From Penicillus capitatus (lineage: Eukaryota > Plantae > Chlorophyta): a DNA stretch of 64,000 nt. Positions 13,577-25,814 of this stretch are shown piece by piece (position 1 is the stretch's first letter; each line of letters begins with the position of its first letter). Location: the NCBI GenBank assembly GCA_965649825.1, contig OZ287694.1, positions 929,197 to 993,196 of the forward strand, written 5' to 3'. The notes beneath the pieces are model-generated. The model saw only the letters and a program-made list of their open reading frames with translations. It was not told where the DNA came from and made no database searches. A program made the translations under genes and the position numbers.

Positions 13577-15806
13577 CTTTGAAGAATTAGAGGGAATCGG
13601 TCAAGTTTACTCTCCACTTCTGTCTCTTTTGGACGGTGTTAAGAAGTGGATTCCATGAACTTCGTCGAAGACTGGGTCGGGTGTTACGATTGGAACTCCT
13701 CGTAATTTCTGAAGGAAGAACCTGCCATCATTATTCTTTTCACATCGAAGTTGTATGAACCAACCATGAAATGACAACACGTTTCGTTGCAGATGTTTGT
13801 ATTTCCATCGCACGCGACTACTTCAATTGATGGTTTCTAGATAGATTATACGGATGATTAAATTGCAGATCAAACGGAGACAGATATTCGTCGATTAAGT
13901 CTTCACGAATCGAGAAAGTAAGTTAGCGATCATATCAATGCAAAGAATTGCCGATCGGTATTCTGACCGAATCGGAAGTGTAAATCACCTATCGAATAGT
14001 CACAGCAAATGGACGATCAAATAGAGGAGTGTAATCTCGATCAATACTCCGATCGAAGCAAAAGGGCGAAATAACATTTGTATGAAGATAGAGGATCGTC
14101 GATCAATCATTTGATAAACAACCATCGAATCGCCGATCGAAACCTCGATTAATACACTGATCAACAAGCAGAGGAAGCAGGAGAAGCAGATTACTGATCA
14201 ACACTCTAATCAAATCTCAAAAGTAAATCATAGATAGATTGATAACGAAGTAAAAAAGAGAAGTAAATGATCAATCGAAAAAATAGGATTTGCACTCGAT
14301 CCAGCAGACGAACCACAGAAATAAGTCATCAATTGAATCGCTCATGGAATCAGGGTTAAACTAAGACAGAAAGCTGCCATACGAGTCTCTGATCGAATCG
14401 GACAAAATTTAATCGAATAAAAACAGAGACGGGCCAATCAAACCTGCAATCGCAATGCAAAGATGAATCGCGGATCAAATCGCTTATCTAGTGAGCATCG
14501 AACTGAGACAGAAAACCACTGATCTTCTTTCGATCAAACTGAAACTGCAAATAGCCGACCATATTACCCTCGAAACGTGCTGATCAGACATACAACGAAA
14601 TCAGTATTCTTAATCGCTCCATTGATCCACCGATCGAATCGTTTAAGTAAATCAGCGGATCGTATCAGACGAGAAAATTCTCGATCGATGCTCTGATCAA
14701 ATCGTCAGAGAGAGTAGACGATCGAATTTAACAGAAGATGACCGATCGAGCGTGAGATCGAACGGCAGAAATGAATCTCTGATCTAAGCGAGATAACGAA
14801 TCTCCAATCGGAACACCGGTTGAAAATCGAAAGGAGAGAAAGTGTATTGCCGATCGATTCACCGAACGCAGCTGGCAGCTTAGATTTGAGTGCCGATCGA
14901 AACGAGACAGAGGATATACTGTCGAGTAGCCGATCATCGAGAGTTTAATCGGGCGAGACCGATTCGACATCGTAAACGATCAAGATGCGGCCGTGCATCC
15001 TTCGTGAAATGATCAGAAATTTCGGATAGGTGTATGGGTTTTGGATGGCTTCCGAATCTCCCGGTTGGTGAAGAGACAGCACGTTTTGTATATTATCCTT
15101 CATGCAGTCGTGTTTACCCACACTTGCAGAGATCGTCGATGAATGATGACAGTTAAAAAGCACCGATCTCGAAACTGAAGAGCAGTAGGTCAGGAGACGG
15201 CTGATCCGGGTGATCGTGTAGCTGTCCCTTTTCCGATGTAAAGCATGATCTGTTTAACAGAATGTCATCAACGATGAGAGATTCGAGCAGTAGTCTAACC
15301 CTCCCGGAGAAGGGACGATAACTTCGATCACACATCCATTGGTCTACATAAGATACTTGCTTACAGTTTTCGCAACAAATCGCAATGACTGGTTCGTTTG
15401 GATAACAATCCACTCCTTGTGGAATCAAAACAACTGTTCCACAAAGGCCATCTCCCAAAAATCTTAATCATTAGCTTAGTCAGAGGAATACGGGAAGCAC
15501 CGTAACAGACTGTTCTATTGGCGATGTTGAAATCCATTGGAACACCATCTCACATCAATCATCAATGCCGATTTGCCTCTCTATCGTGAACACGTACATT
15601 TAAATCGATGATAGCTAAAAACATTCGAATGATCTTAGAGATCAGGTTTGTTTAGAACAACACGCACAAGTAAAGACGAAACGGATCATAATGCCTAATA
15701 CAAAAAACGAGACGCGACAGGAAAATGAAAAGATGACGGTAATAGAATGGAATAATACAGCTAGCTCATATCAAATGGAGTTTGTTTTTGGCATCGCACA
15801 GAATGT

Positions 15807-18800
15807 TTAAACCTGACTGGATGACCCCGGCTGTGTTTGAGGGTTCGGCGCATTACGGTCACGTTTTCCAGCAAGCTTAGCACAAAAACGTGCAACAATT
15901 CTGCTGGAATAGATTCTCAGTACTCGATACATTCCCCAATCAATGGCGGCATCCACTCCATCACACACCAGCACTGCCCTTGCATAGATCTCGATCGATC
16001 GAAAGATCTTGAACATCAGAAGACAAAACAATCCTGATATGGCGAGTGACAAAGAAACGGTGAGCAGCACACGTACGGCATCAGAAAGGCGGCTGTCATT
16101 GAAAAGAACACCAGATGCAAAGGTAAGTTGCGATATGATCAACGATGCTGTTTCATAGGCATTCAAGAAATCGAAGTCCTCTTTGAAGGGTTGACAGGAA
16201 ACATGCATGTAGACTGAACTAGCAAGGACAAAGATGGCAAGAATACTTTGAATGTTTGTGCCTAATGGATAAGAAAAAACGACCACGATGGCCAGCAACG
16301 CTTTCCTAAGCATGACAGTGGATTCCCAGAAAATAAAACGTTCTTTGTAAGCGCGAAACAGAAAACCACATGCTTCAGTGATCCATTGATTATCGTTCGT
16401 TTCCGTGGGATGCAATTTCATTAAGGCATAGGCCAGAGCTGTTGGCAGTCCGAAGGAGACAACGATGACAACAGGCCACCCGACGACTGCCGCAAGAACA
16501 GCATGGGAACCCCTGAAGCATTTAAGAGATGTGTCTACTGCCCAGTAATGAGTAGTGTGATCGATGTCCGTATCGTATGAATCATGCACCTTGATGCAGT
16601 ACAATGTGTTGACTGCCATCTTTGTTACGGAAAGATAAGTGAGGTAAGCCACAGCCAAAGAACTGAGTAGTGCTCTCTTTCCGAAGTACCAGATGCTTTC
16701 GTTGAATTTACGCATTAAGATGATCCACAAAACACTGTAGAATGCTAATATACCCAAGGGGACAGTGATGAATATCGCCGATCGAATGACCGATCGGGGA
16801 GGATCGTAATCCACTCCGAATAGGCAATCGACCGAGAGGACGATACCTTGGGTGGCGGCTCCACCTAAGAAATCTGTCAACGGCACACCTCAGATGTCAA
16901 ATCAGCGCATCGATGACCTTACCTGCAACTAAAAGGAAAGATCTCATCCAGGCAGTCCAGTTGGTGTTGATCATCACAGCAGCTGCAATGACTTGGAGAA
17001 AATTGATCATGATCTACGAAACGATGATCGTCAAACGTCAGTATGCGTTCTGTTTTTAGAATCACTTTGAAAATTTCAACTACGTGTCTCCGCGCGAGAA
17101 TCGGATCGATCGAACTTTGTCGATTGGTTGGCGATGGCGATCGAAGATTGGGATCGATGACATCTGGCGGAACGCGGCCAGTGTGCAGCATCTCCACCAT
17201 CTCGAAGTTCACTGGTACTTCATCTGATTCTCCACCCCTTTGCCGCTTGGACGATTGCTGTGGTTTTAGGCTGATGCGGCTGATCAGGTTTTGATTGATC
17301 TGTCGGGTAGTCAGATTGCTTCTGATGGCAAAGCCGGAGAGAAACAAAAGCACGAGGAGGGACATCACAAAGAGCACGACCGTTTCCCACTTATCATGGC
17401 ACTTATCGCAATCAAAAGACCGCGATCGTCCATATCCTGTTTCACATGACCCGCAGAGAACTCCCGTGTATCCCTACACAAACACATCCTGTTGCCTTAT
17501 CACTATTGGTATGACACATACTTCCTTGCATTGGGCTTGAGAGTATTTTTCGTCGAGCTGCTCGTCAAATTGACAGTCGTGCAAGTCTTGAGTCACGTCC
17601 ATCAGATCTTCTTCCCGTCCATCGAAATCGCACCCTTCTCTCGACACACATCGTTGGATGTGTTTCGCGCAAGGCGTTTTATGCCAATAGCGCCGGATTG
17701 GATGGATAACATTCGTTGTGCAGTTTCCATTGTCCGGACAGGATCGGCAAACGGCAGCATCTGTGTCAAAATTGAACTGAGCGCCGCTGCACGGAACGCA
17801 GAGAGTGCCATTCTCTTGTGAAGATTCTCCCAACTTGCACTGTCGAACTTCGACGTCGACAACCATCGCTGGCAAATCGGAATCGCTAAAATCGATTCGG
17901 ATCTTGTATTGCCCGGGACGCTGAAACCCTGCGATGGGTGGGAAAGCTTTTCGTCTCTCGTTTACCGCCATAATCACTTCTCCAGCAAAAAAATTATCGG
18001 GAGAGTGCATCGATGCGTGAACATACGCCTCGTTTGATCCCAGAGGAGGTCCTTGTCTAAACCCGTCGACGACTTCCAACAGTAATGCTGGTAGTACGTC
18101 GCCGCTTCGGTGATTCTTGACAACAAATCGGTTGTTTTCTACGGGTTCTTCGTCGTCTGTTTTATCGCCGGCTATCATCAATCCGCGTGCGGAATGAGCA
18201 CAGGAGGCGATCATCGGACCATATCGACCGGCTTCGTTCCCGACCCACTCAGGACAGATGTCTTGGGCAGATTTTAATCGATGCGTCGCATCGATTGCAT
18301 CGATCGCGTTCTGAACTGGTGGAGTCTCGGTGTCTTCAGGAAAGCACGAGTAACGAAAGACACTGGGGTCTTTTGTAAAAATGCCACCTCCTGATGTCTT
18401 CGCTGTATTCCGCGAAAACCGACTGCCCATCACCGCAAAGAATGTGCAAGATGCATTTCGTCTTGAGCAACCCCGGGATGCTTCATCGGTGGAGACATAT
18501 ACTCCGCCTACAACACGCATTATCGAAAACTATGATCATATCGAATCGATATCGATTTACCTCCGAGATCGGCGCTGTTATTGGCAAAGGTGCAGTTGTT
18601 GAACTGCATGGCGAGAGACTGGGCTTTACCGGATTCAAAGGCGACCGATCCGCCTTGATTTCCTGCGGAGTTGTCCCTGAGAGAGCAATCCGAACAGAGA
18701 AAGACAGAAGATTCATTGGCCAAAATGCTACCACCGTCCACGGTCGCTCGACACATTTGCGATCGTAGCTCCGATGCCGTTAGATTTGATTCGGAAAGCC

Positions 18801-21800
18801 GGATGGCTCCTCCTGTGGAAGCAGAGCAGTTTAGAAAGGAGGTATCGACGATCGACAGAGTATCGTTCTCTATCGCAGCGATCGATCCACCCGACAGAGA
18901 CGCTCTATCGTTTTCGAAGACGGTTTCAAGTGCACGAAGCGTCGAATTCTTCATCAGGATCGATCCTCCTGAGGATCCGCTGTTCTCGCGAAAACGACAC
19001 TTCGTCACTGTGATGACAGAATCATCGGCCAGAATCGCGCCTCCGTCTTCGATGGCTGAGTTATTTCGAATGACGCTGTCTTGAAGACTGATGCTGGAAT
19101 TGGACACTGCGTACAGGGCGCCACCCTGTTTAGATCGACTGTCTATGATTGACGTATTGTACAGGTTCATTTTGCCCCCGCGTTCGACGGAAAGACTCCC
19201 TCCTCCGTCGATCGCTGTGTTGATCGAAAAGATAACACCTCTGGTGACCAATTCTCCCTCGGAGCAGCGCACGGCACCGCCAACTCTATCTGCACGGTTT
19301 GATGACAGCATTGAATCTTCGACAATGACTCGTCCCGTTCCGTAAACGACCAATCCCCCACCGTTTTTGGCTGTGTTGGATTCCAGTCGGCAGTCCGTCA
19401 AATGCACCACAGAGTTACGTACATAAAAGGCGCCGCCATTCTCGGCAGCATTGCGTTGCACTGTGGAGTTCGACATGTTGAACACAGATTGTTGATCCAC
19501 GACAATTCCTCCTGCCGCTTCATCGCATCTGTTCCCCACGATCGTCAGGTTTCGTGCGACAACCGAAGCTAGGCCAGCAATCTGAATGGCACCACTGGCA
19601 TAGACGGCCGCATTCGATACAAACTCCAGGTCTGTCAGCGTCGCATTGCTACGAAAACAAGCCAAACCGCCCCCGTACTGCCCTGCGCTGTTGTTACCGA
19701 ATCTGCTGCTGCGCGCATCAAGTATACCGTCATCGAAGAAGACACCACCTCCAATTCTAGCTTCATTCGTCGCGATGTAGGCGTCCTTCAGGACGAGTCG
19801 TGATTCACCGGTAGCCAGAATACCACCTCCGTTCTGTGTGACAGAATTGTTCAGAAATGTATTGGAGGGGATTCTGGCTGTTCCATGGTCGATCGCGACA
19901 CCACCTCCTAGGGCGGCATGGTTGGAAGTGTAGTTGCAGGATCTGGAAGTCATATTCGATGTTGATACGAAAATCCCACCTCCTGTTCCACCAGCAGCAT
20001 TCGCCGTCCAATTGACTGCTTGTATGACAACACTGCTGTTCTCAGTGATCTGTGCGCCAGCACCGTTGGATGTTGCTGCATTCGATAGAAAGAGACATCG
20101 CCGGATGCTCAAATCTCTTGATGCACGGCTCGTGAATCCCCCTCCGTACGACGTGGCCGTGTTCGATTCGATTCTTGAGTCGATGATGCGACTGTCAGGT
20201 GCTGTATCTAAGTAGAAAGCGCCGCTATTGATGGCTGTGTTGTTAACCAGTGCCGATCTGCGAAGGATAAGTCTTTCCGATTCAGAGACCCACAGACATC
20301 CGCCACTACCAGACGTATTGTTATGGCATCGAAGTGCAGTTAGCTTTGGTGAAGAGACGCTTCGAATGTGGATCGCTCCTCCAGCATTGGATGCACTGTT
20401 GTTTTCGAAAAGGGAAGCTTCCACCTCGAACGAGCCTCCCTCTGCGAAGATCGCGCCACCATTGCTCCTAACCAGATTGTTGTGAAAGGCACAATGGTCC
20501 ATCGCCAGGACGGTGTCTGCAGTAGCGATGGCTCCCCCGATTTCTGCCACATTCGACACAAAACTGCAATTTGAGATGCTCAGGTGTTCGGTAGAATTCG
20601 ACTGGATAGAAGCTCCAAAACGATGAGCGGAATTGTTGTGAAAATAGCTGTCAGAAATGGCGACTGTCAGAGCGCGATCGAGCACGATGGCAGGATGTCC
20701 ATCGTTTTCGCTAAACCTGCTATCCAGCAGATCCAAGTTTCCCTCCACGATTCGAAGAACAGAGAGTTCATTTGCGTTTGCAGTCAGGCCAACAACAGCA
20801 GAGGTGGATAAGGACGATGCCACAATGAGTGACGCCGGCATTGTACTCTCACCAGTCAACCGCGTGTTTCTTTCTGCCACCACAGCCTGCAGGGTGTTCT
20901 CAGACGACAGGACAGCGAAGCAGGCGTCTCCACAGGCGTTGTCGGAAAAAACGACGTCCACCATCTCAACTGACGAACAGGATGCATTTCCAACGGAAAC
21001 GGCGCTCGTTCCGTTCAATGCGTTCTGTCTGAAGTGCACATGGTGCATGCGGATGATTCCCTCGATGTCCTCCGAATCGCAAGGATCGACTTGAATGATG
21101 GATGCCGCTGTTCTGGTGCCCAGAGTGCACTCTTCGAATACGAGATTGGAGAGCAGTACGTTCCGGGCCCTGAAGAAACCGAGCGCATCGCGCGATCAGA
21201 AAACCAAACGACAGTGCGAATCTTGCTGACCTGATGCGGAAGGCGCTTCCGTTTCTGGGACAGCGGAATCGAACCTTCTGATCTGTCTCGGGAAAAATGC
21301 CGTCTCGATTGTCTGCTCTTTCGACAAAGGAGCTCAGCGTCAAGTTCCATGGAACGTATGCGGTCGATGCCAATCGAGTTTTTCTCTCTGTCTGAAACAA
21401 CACCACATCGTTCTCTCGAGTGCAGGGAAGAATGGCGTTGAGATCATTTGCCACATTCTCCAGGGCCACTTGGTCAACTAGCCACGTCCTCGAGCCATCG
21501 AACAGATCTGAGATCTCAGAGTCCGTGAGACGGCATTGCACATCTAAACAATAGAATCATTTGAAACTGGGACCTCAACAGTCTTTGCGCGACCTGGGTT
21601 GTCAGGGTCGTCCACGTCTGTCTGCTGAAGACGCCTCGACGTTGTACTTCCCTAGAGGGAACACGCGTTATTCGATTGCGTCGCAGAGGCGAGGTCACTT
21701 GTAAGGATTGCACACGGTCTTCTTGGATGCCGTCGGAAGTGGATGGATGTGATGAGACGGAGGCGGCGCCTAAATGCAATCGGAGTCTTAGGCAAAGGGA

Positions 21801-22027
21801 ATAGGAACGACACGCGAAAGCCGAATGTTAGAGACGACGATGATCATCATGGAAAAGCCTGTCGGTTAAGACTCTCCGTGTCGGATTTAACTCCGCCGTA
21901 ACGCAAACCTACCCGATAGCAATTCAGCCGTTCCATGTCGGAAAATGCCTTCTTGGTGGTCCTTTGCGATGACTTTTGGAGAATTGAGGAGTAGACAACT
22001 CAAAGTGAGGACAATAGAAGAGACCAT
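15807..22027 (-). CDS. Giant secreted/membrane protein B, paralog of A: signal peptide, Pmp-like beta-helix, Cys-rich region, multi-pass TM domain
   Basis: ATG 22027 gives MVSSIVLTLSCLLLNSPKVIA. Exons lie in ORFs 20966-21541, 18520-21048, 17474-18520, 16919-17377 and 15807-16886, collinear with gene A (e.g. CTRENDVVL, ICPEW..NEAG.YGP, CVPCSG.Q.NF). The final exon has several hydrophobic helices. Confidence 0.85.
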
Positions 22028-22489
22028 TGTGTGCTTTCGGTGATGTCGTAGGGTGTTTGACTGGATGCTTGACTGTATTCGCATTTTTTTATTCTGCGTG
22101 ACCCAATAGACTTCAGTTCACAGGTACAAAACGCTTCGTGCTTTGTTAAACATTCACGTGTGGATATCGTATGCGTCAAGAACTTACCGATGTTAAGTAG
22201 AAGGCCTTGTGTCATGATGAACGGTTAAGAAGGAATGGTGGAGAAGCCGAGCCGCGGATCGTGTAGCTAGCTGCTTAGAAGGGCCAACGAAAGGTCGTAT
22301 CATTGTAACGTGGACCTTAGGTTCGAGTTCTCTCGAACGCTCACCGAAGTATAGAACGGTTAAGACTGTAGAAAATACGCAACCTACCTGTAGTGCTACG
22401 CGTCCTTCAGACATCTTAGCTTCGTCTGAGTCAAAAACCAACTATCCGCACTGAGGTTTTATAAACAAAATTGGAAACATCACGTTGCC

Positions 22490-23140
22490 GGCGTGTTTCT
22501 ACTATGCGTTCCAACAACGGCGGTAGAATTGCTGACGAACAGTAGACTATTGCCATTTCCAAGCTCGGTTTCGGTGGGTTTATCGAAATTCCTTAATCGG
22601 CTGACAACGTTCAAGAATCGAATAGACAACATCCTTACTCAGATTCCCTCTCTTTGTCATCTTACTCCTTCGGCAACAATTCTGGGTTGCATCGACGATG
22701 AATCCTTGAGAGGATGCAGAAACCCATATCCCTCCAAGTATAAACGCATTCTGAAGATTGTCCAATTGCCACGCTCCAGTCTTTCTCTCAGCCGCGGATC
22801 TGAACAGCGCAAAACCAGTTATTCTCCGCCTGTCTCAACTTGTAGATTGATCGTCAGTCTGTTCGATGCAATACGCGAGTGGCGTCGCCTCTTCAGACTT
22901 AAAGATCTCGAATGTTTTTAGGTATAGTGGACAGGTAGGTATTTCGAATCTCATAGCGCTCAAGTCTCTCAACCTCAAGGATTGTATGTTCTTCATATAT
23001 ACGAAAAACTATGCAGCATTCTGGAGCTCGAAAGCCTTTCTATTCCGTTGCTTGAAAGACATATTTACGCAGATATCGGTTTCCTCCGTTTCTAAGAATG
23101 CTGTGCACATTGGCAGTCGTATCCGACGCTCTCTGTAAAG
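22490..23140 (+). pseudogene. Decayed LRR gene remnant
   Basis: LRR-like fragments in shifting frames with stops: LTQIPSLCHLT, LFRLKDLECF*, GISNLIALKSLNLKDC, LELESLSIPLL. No consistent splice rescue found. Confidence 0.4.
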
Positions 23141-23989
23141 CTTTTGGACATCTCATGTTGCCAGAAGTGATCGGACTGGATATGCTGACACGCACTTACT
23201 TCAGTTGAACAAACTCCCAATCTATTCACCTTGCGATCAATTTAACGCAGCGAGATGTGGTCGATTGCCGCATTTCATCTCGAGTCGACACGATTGCCTA
23301 AGGCTACTGAGCGAAACAAAACGATGAAGTCATCGGAGTATGAGATTTGCAATGCGCCGCGCCGCGCAGTCTCTGCTTTTTGAAACGCGCACGATAGAGA
23401 TAGGCATTAATTAATAGGGTAGCCATGGTGTCTAAACACGAACGGTTTCTGACAAATGTACTGGAGCTTTTTGTTGGACTCTAATCTAGCACACAGAGCA
23501 TCTCTCGCACTTCTTGTAGACCAACGTCGGCGGTCGAGCGCTCTTTGCAGTTTGTCGACCGAGGGCCAGCAGGAGAGTATTATTCTCTTACGTAACTACG
23601 CCGTCTCACGTGCCAGCTATCCATCACATCGTTTCTCCGTTACGGAGAACAGAACTTGACGTCAGACAGACAGGTTTGAAAGAAAGGCGAAAGGCGAGAA
23701 TCCCCGAGACGGAAGAGACACTTTCTCGACAGCTACCCGTTTCTCGACAACTCCGGACGTCCGCGGACTTTTCGAGTAGGCAGCTGGTTGACAGCGACAC
23801 GCCCTGTAATCTCAGCCACGAATTCCGCAAACAGTAGCAGCTGCCTCGAATCTATGCTGGACAAGTCCAATCACTCGTCAGGTATTTAAGCCACGAGGAC
23901 GCCAGCGAACAAAGTGTTTTTGAGGTGCTTTTCATACAACCTCACCCCGTGTCGAATAAGAAGCGAACGCTTTTTTGCGTTTGAACACC

Positions 23990-25054
23990 ATGCAGCCTCC
24001 ACGTTCCAACACCCTCTTTCCTTTATGCGTACATCCTGCTTATCGTTCTCTGCATCAACCTGTCTTCTGACTGGGTATGCTGTGTCGCAGGTTCTGCTTT
24101 GTAGCTTTGCTCTCAGCGCAGGTAACTCTCTACGGAACAATCTTCTCCGTTAACGATGCGTTGTGTAACCCTTCAGCGACACGCACTTTGACGGACAGTT
24201 CCGCAACGGAAGATGGCAAAATTGAGACTGGGACGACGATAGTGGGTAGGCCACAGCGCCAATTGATGCAAGCCAACTATGACAGCGGCTACAGCTGCAG
24301 CACATATCCTTACATATTTATCGCGGACGTGTATTACGCGCCACCAATCGCATATCTCTGCAAAATCAAGTCCAAGAGTGGATTGTGCATGGATCCAATG
24401 GCGAAGCCAGAAGAGATCATCTACTGGTTCCAGAAAACCAACAAGGTGACGATGGTGATCGTGCTGAAAGCTCTGTTCGCTGCCAATGTGCCCTACAAAG
24501 TTGAATACGACGGCATTAGCTTTGGTGTCGTTCCCGATGAGAAAATTCTGCCTGCTGGCGTCTCTCTAAAACCGTACTTGAAAAAGAAATGTATAGTGAA
24601 ACCGCCAGTGGTCACGAAGAATCCTCCGGTGATCTTGGTGAAACCGCCAGTGGTCACGAAGAAGCCTCCGGTCGTCGTCCCATTCAAACCCAAAGCCGTC
24701 GTCCCGGTGAAGTCCAAAGTCGTCCCATTCAAACCGAAAGTCGTCGTCCCGGTGAAACCCAAAGTCGTCCCATTCCAGCCCAAGACCGTTGTCCCGATGA
24801 AACCCAAAGTCGTCCCATTCCAGCCCAAGACCGTCGTCCCGATGAAACCCAAAGTCGTCCCATTCCAGCCCAAGACCGTCGTCCCGATGAAACCCAAAGC
24901 CGTTCCATTCCAGCCCAAAGCCGTTCCATTCCAGCCCAAAGCCGTTCCATTCCAGCCCAAAGCCGTTCCATTCCAGCCCAAAGCCGTTCCATTCCAGCCC
25001 AAAGCCGTTCCATTCCAGCCCAAAGCCGTTCCATTCCAGCCCAAATTTCCATAA
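23990..25054 (+). CDS. Secreted Pro/Val/Lys-rich protein 3 of the unnamed family (signal peptide, RQLMQ motif, novel Cys domain, repetitive extensin-like tail)
   Basis: Exons 23990-24028, 24091-24121, 24177-25054. Protein: MQPPRSNTLFPLCVLLCSFALSA...RPQRQLMQ...CKIKSKSGLCMDP...LFAANVPYKVEYDGISF...(KAVPFQP)7. Confidence 0.8.
24597..25042 (+). repeat. Hierarchical coding tandem repeat: degenerate KPPVV units, then 3 x 45 bp (24761-24895), then 7 x 21 bp (24896-25042)
   Basis: 45-mer aaagtcgtcccattccagcccaagaccg(t/c)cgtcccgatgaaaccc-type unit and exact 21-mer aaagccgttccattccagccc, read directly. No spacers. Confidence 0.95.
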
Positions 25055-25814
25055 GTCTCAATGATCCCAGTAGTTCCAGTAAAAACGGTGAAATTTGGAT
25101 CTTACGAGAAACTGAGACCACCGAATGCTCCAAAATCATGAAACAAAACCTTGTCTAGCTATAGTATTCTATCCAGTATCATTCATTTTTTCTTTGGTGT
25201 TGAAGATCAGGTAGACGAGAATGGTGAATTGTTGCGATGTCGTTTCACTCTAGTGGTTTTGCAAGCGGATCGAGTGAGAATCCATTCAAGAACGAATGAT
25301 CGACAGTTTCCTTTAGATATCTGTAGTAAGACACGCACGTTTGTTAAGAGTTGGGTGGATCAAGACACATTTCGATATACTTGACGACTGCGCCGTTCGT
25401 ACATAACGAGTTGATTCGTACGATGACATTTCACTAAGGACATATGCGTCTCAGTGCAGACAGGACGATACCACACCAGCCTCTCCCCATTCACGCAAAC
25501 AACCCGATGCAAGGTGTTCCTAGGAAACGCATTAGATCACTGTCGGGATAAAAGAACGACGTCAGATATCGTATGGAAAAGAAAGGTGCGTCGTTGATGG
25601 AAGATAGACAACGACGTCAATGGCGCATAGTATATTCTCGATTGGATCCGTGCCAGCAGTTCGCCCTTCCTTCACATTCAAAGGTTCTCGGCTCGAATCA
25701 TTTTTTCGTTTGGCAGACAAGACGTGAATTCCACACCATGAGTTGAGATGCAGCAATTTCGGCATCTGTTTCAGGTACATTGCACGTATTCGAACCGCCA
25801 CGTAGCTGAGGACT

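Noticed and set aside
14580-14730. Kinase-like fragment (YNEISIL...DPPI) in the ATCG tract
   Set aside because: Too short and interrupted by stops; no HRD, DFG or Gly-loop motifs found.
24896-25042. CRISPR-like regular 21-bp array
   Set aside because: No spacers; in-frame coding repeat (KAVPFQP) in a eukaryotic gene.
24493-25158. Alternative-frame and antisense repeat ORFs (GWNGTAL, SRSIPAQ, WAGMERL), and likewise 7422-7909
   Set aside because: Shadows of stop-free tandem repeats. Only the spliced signal-peptide frame links to the conserved domain.
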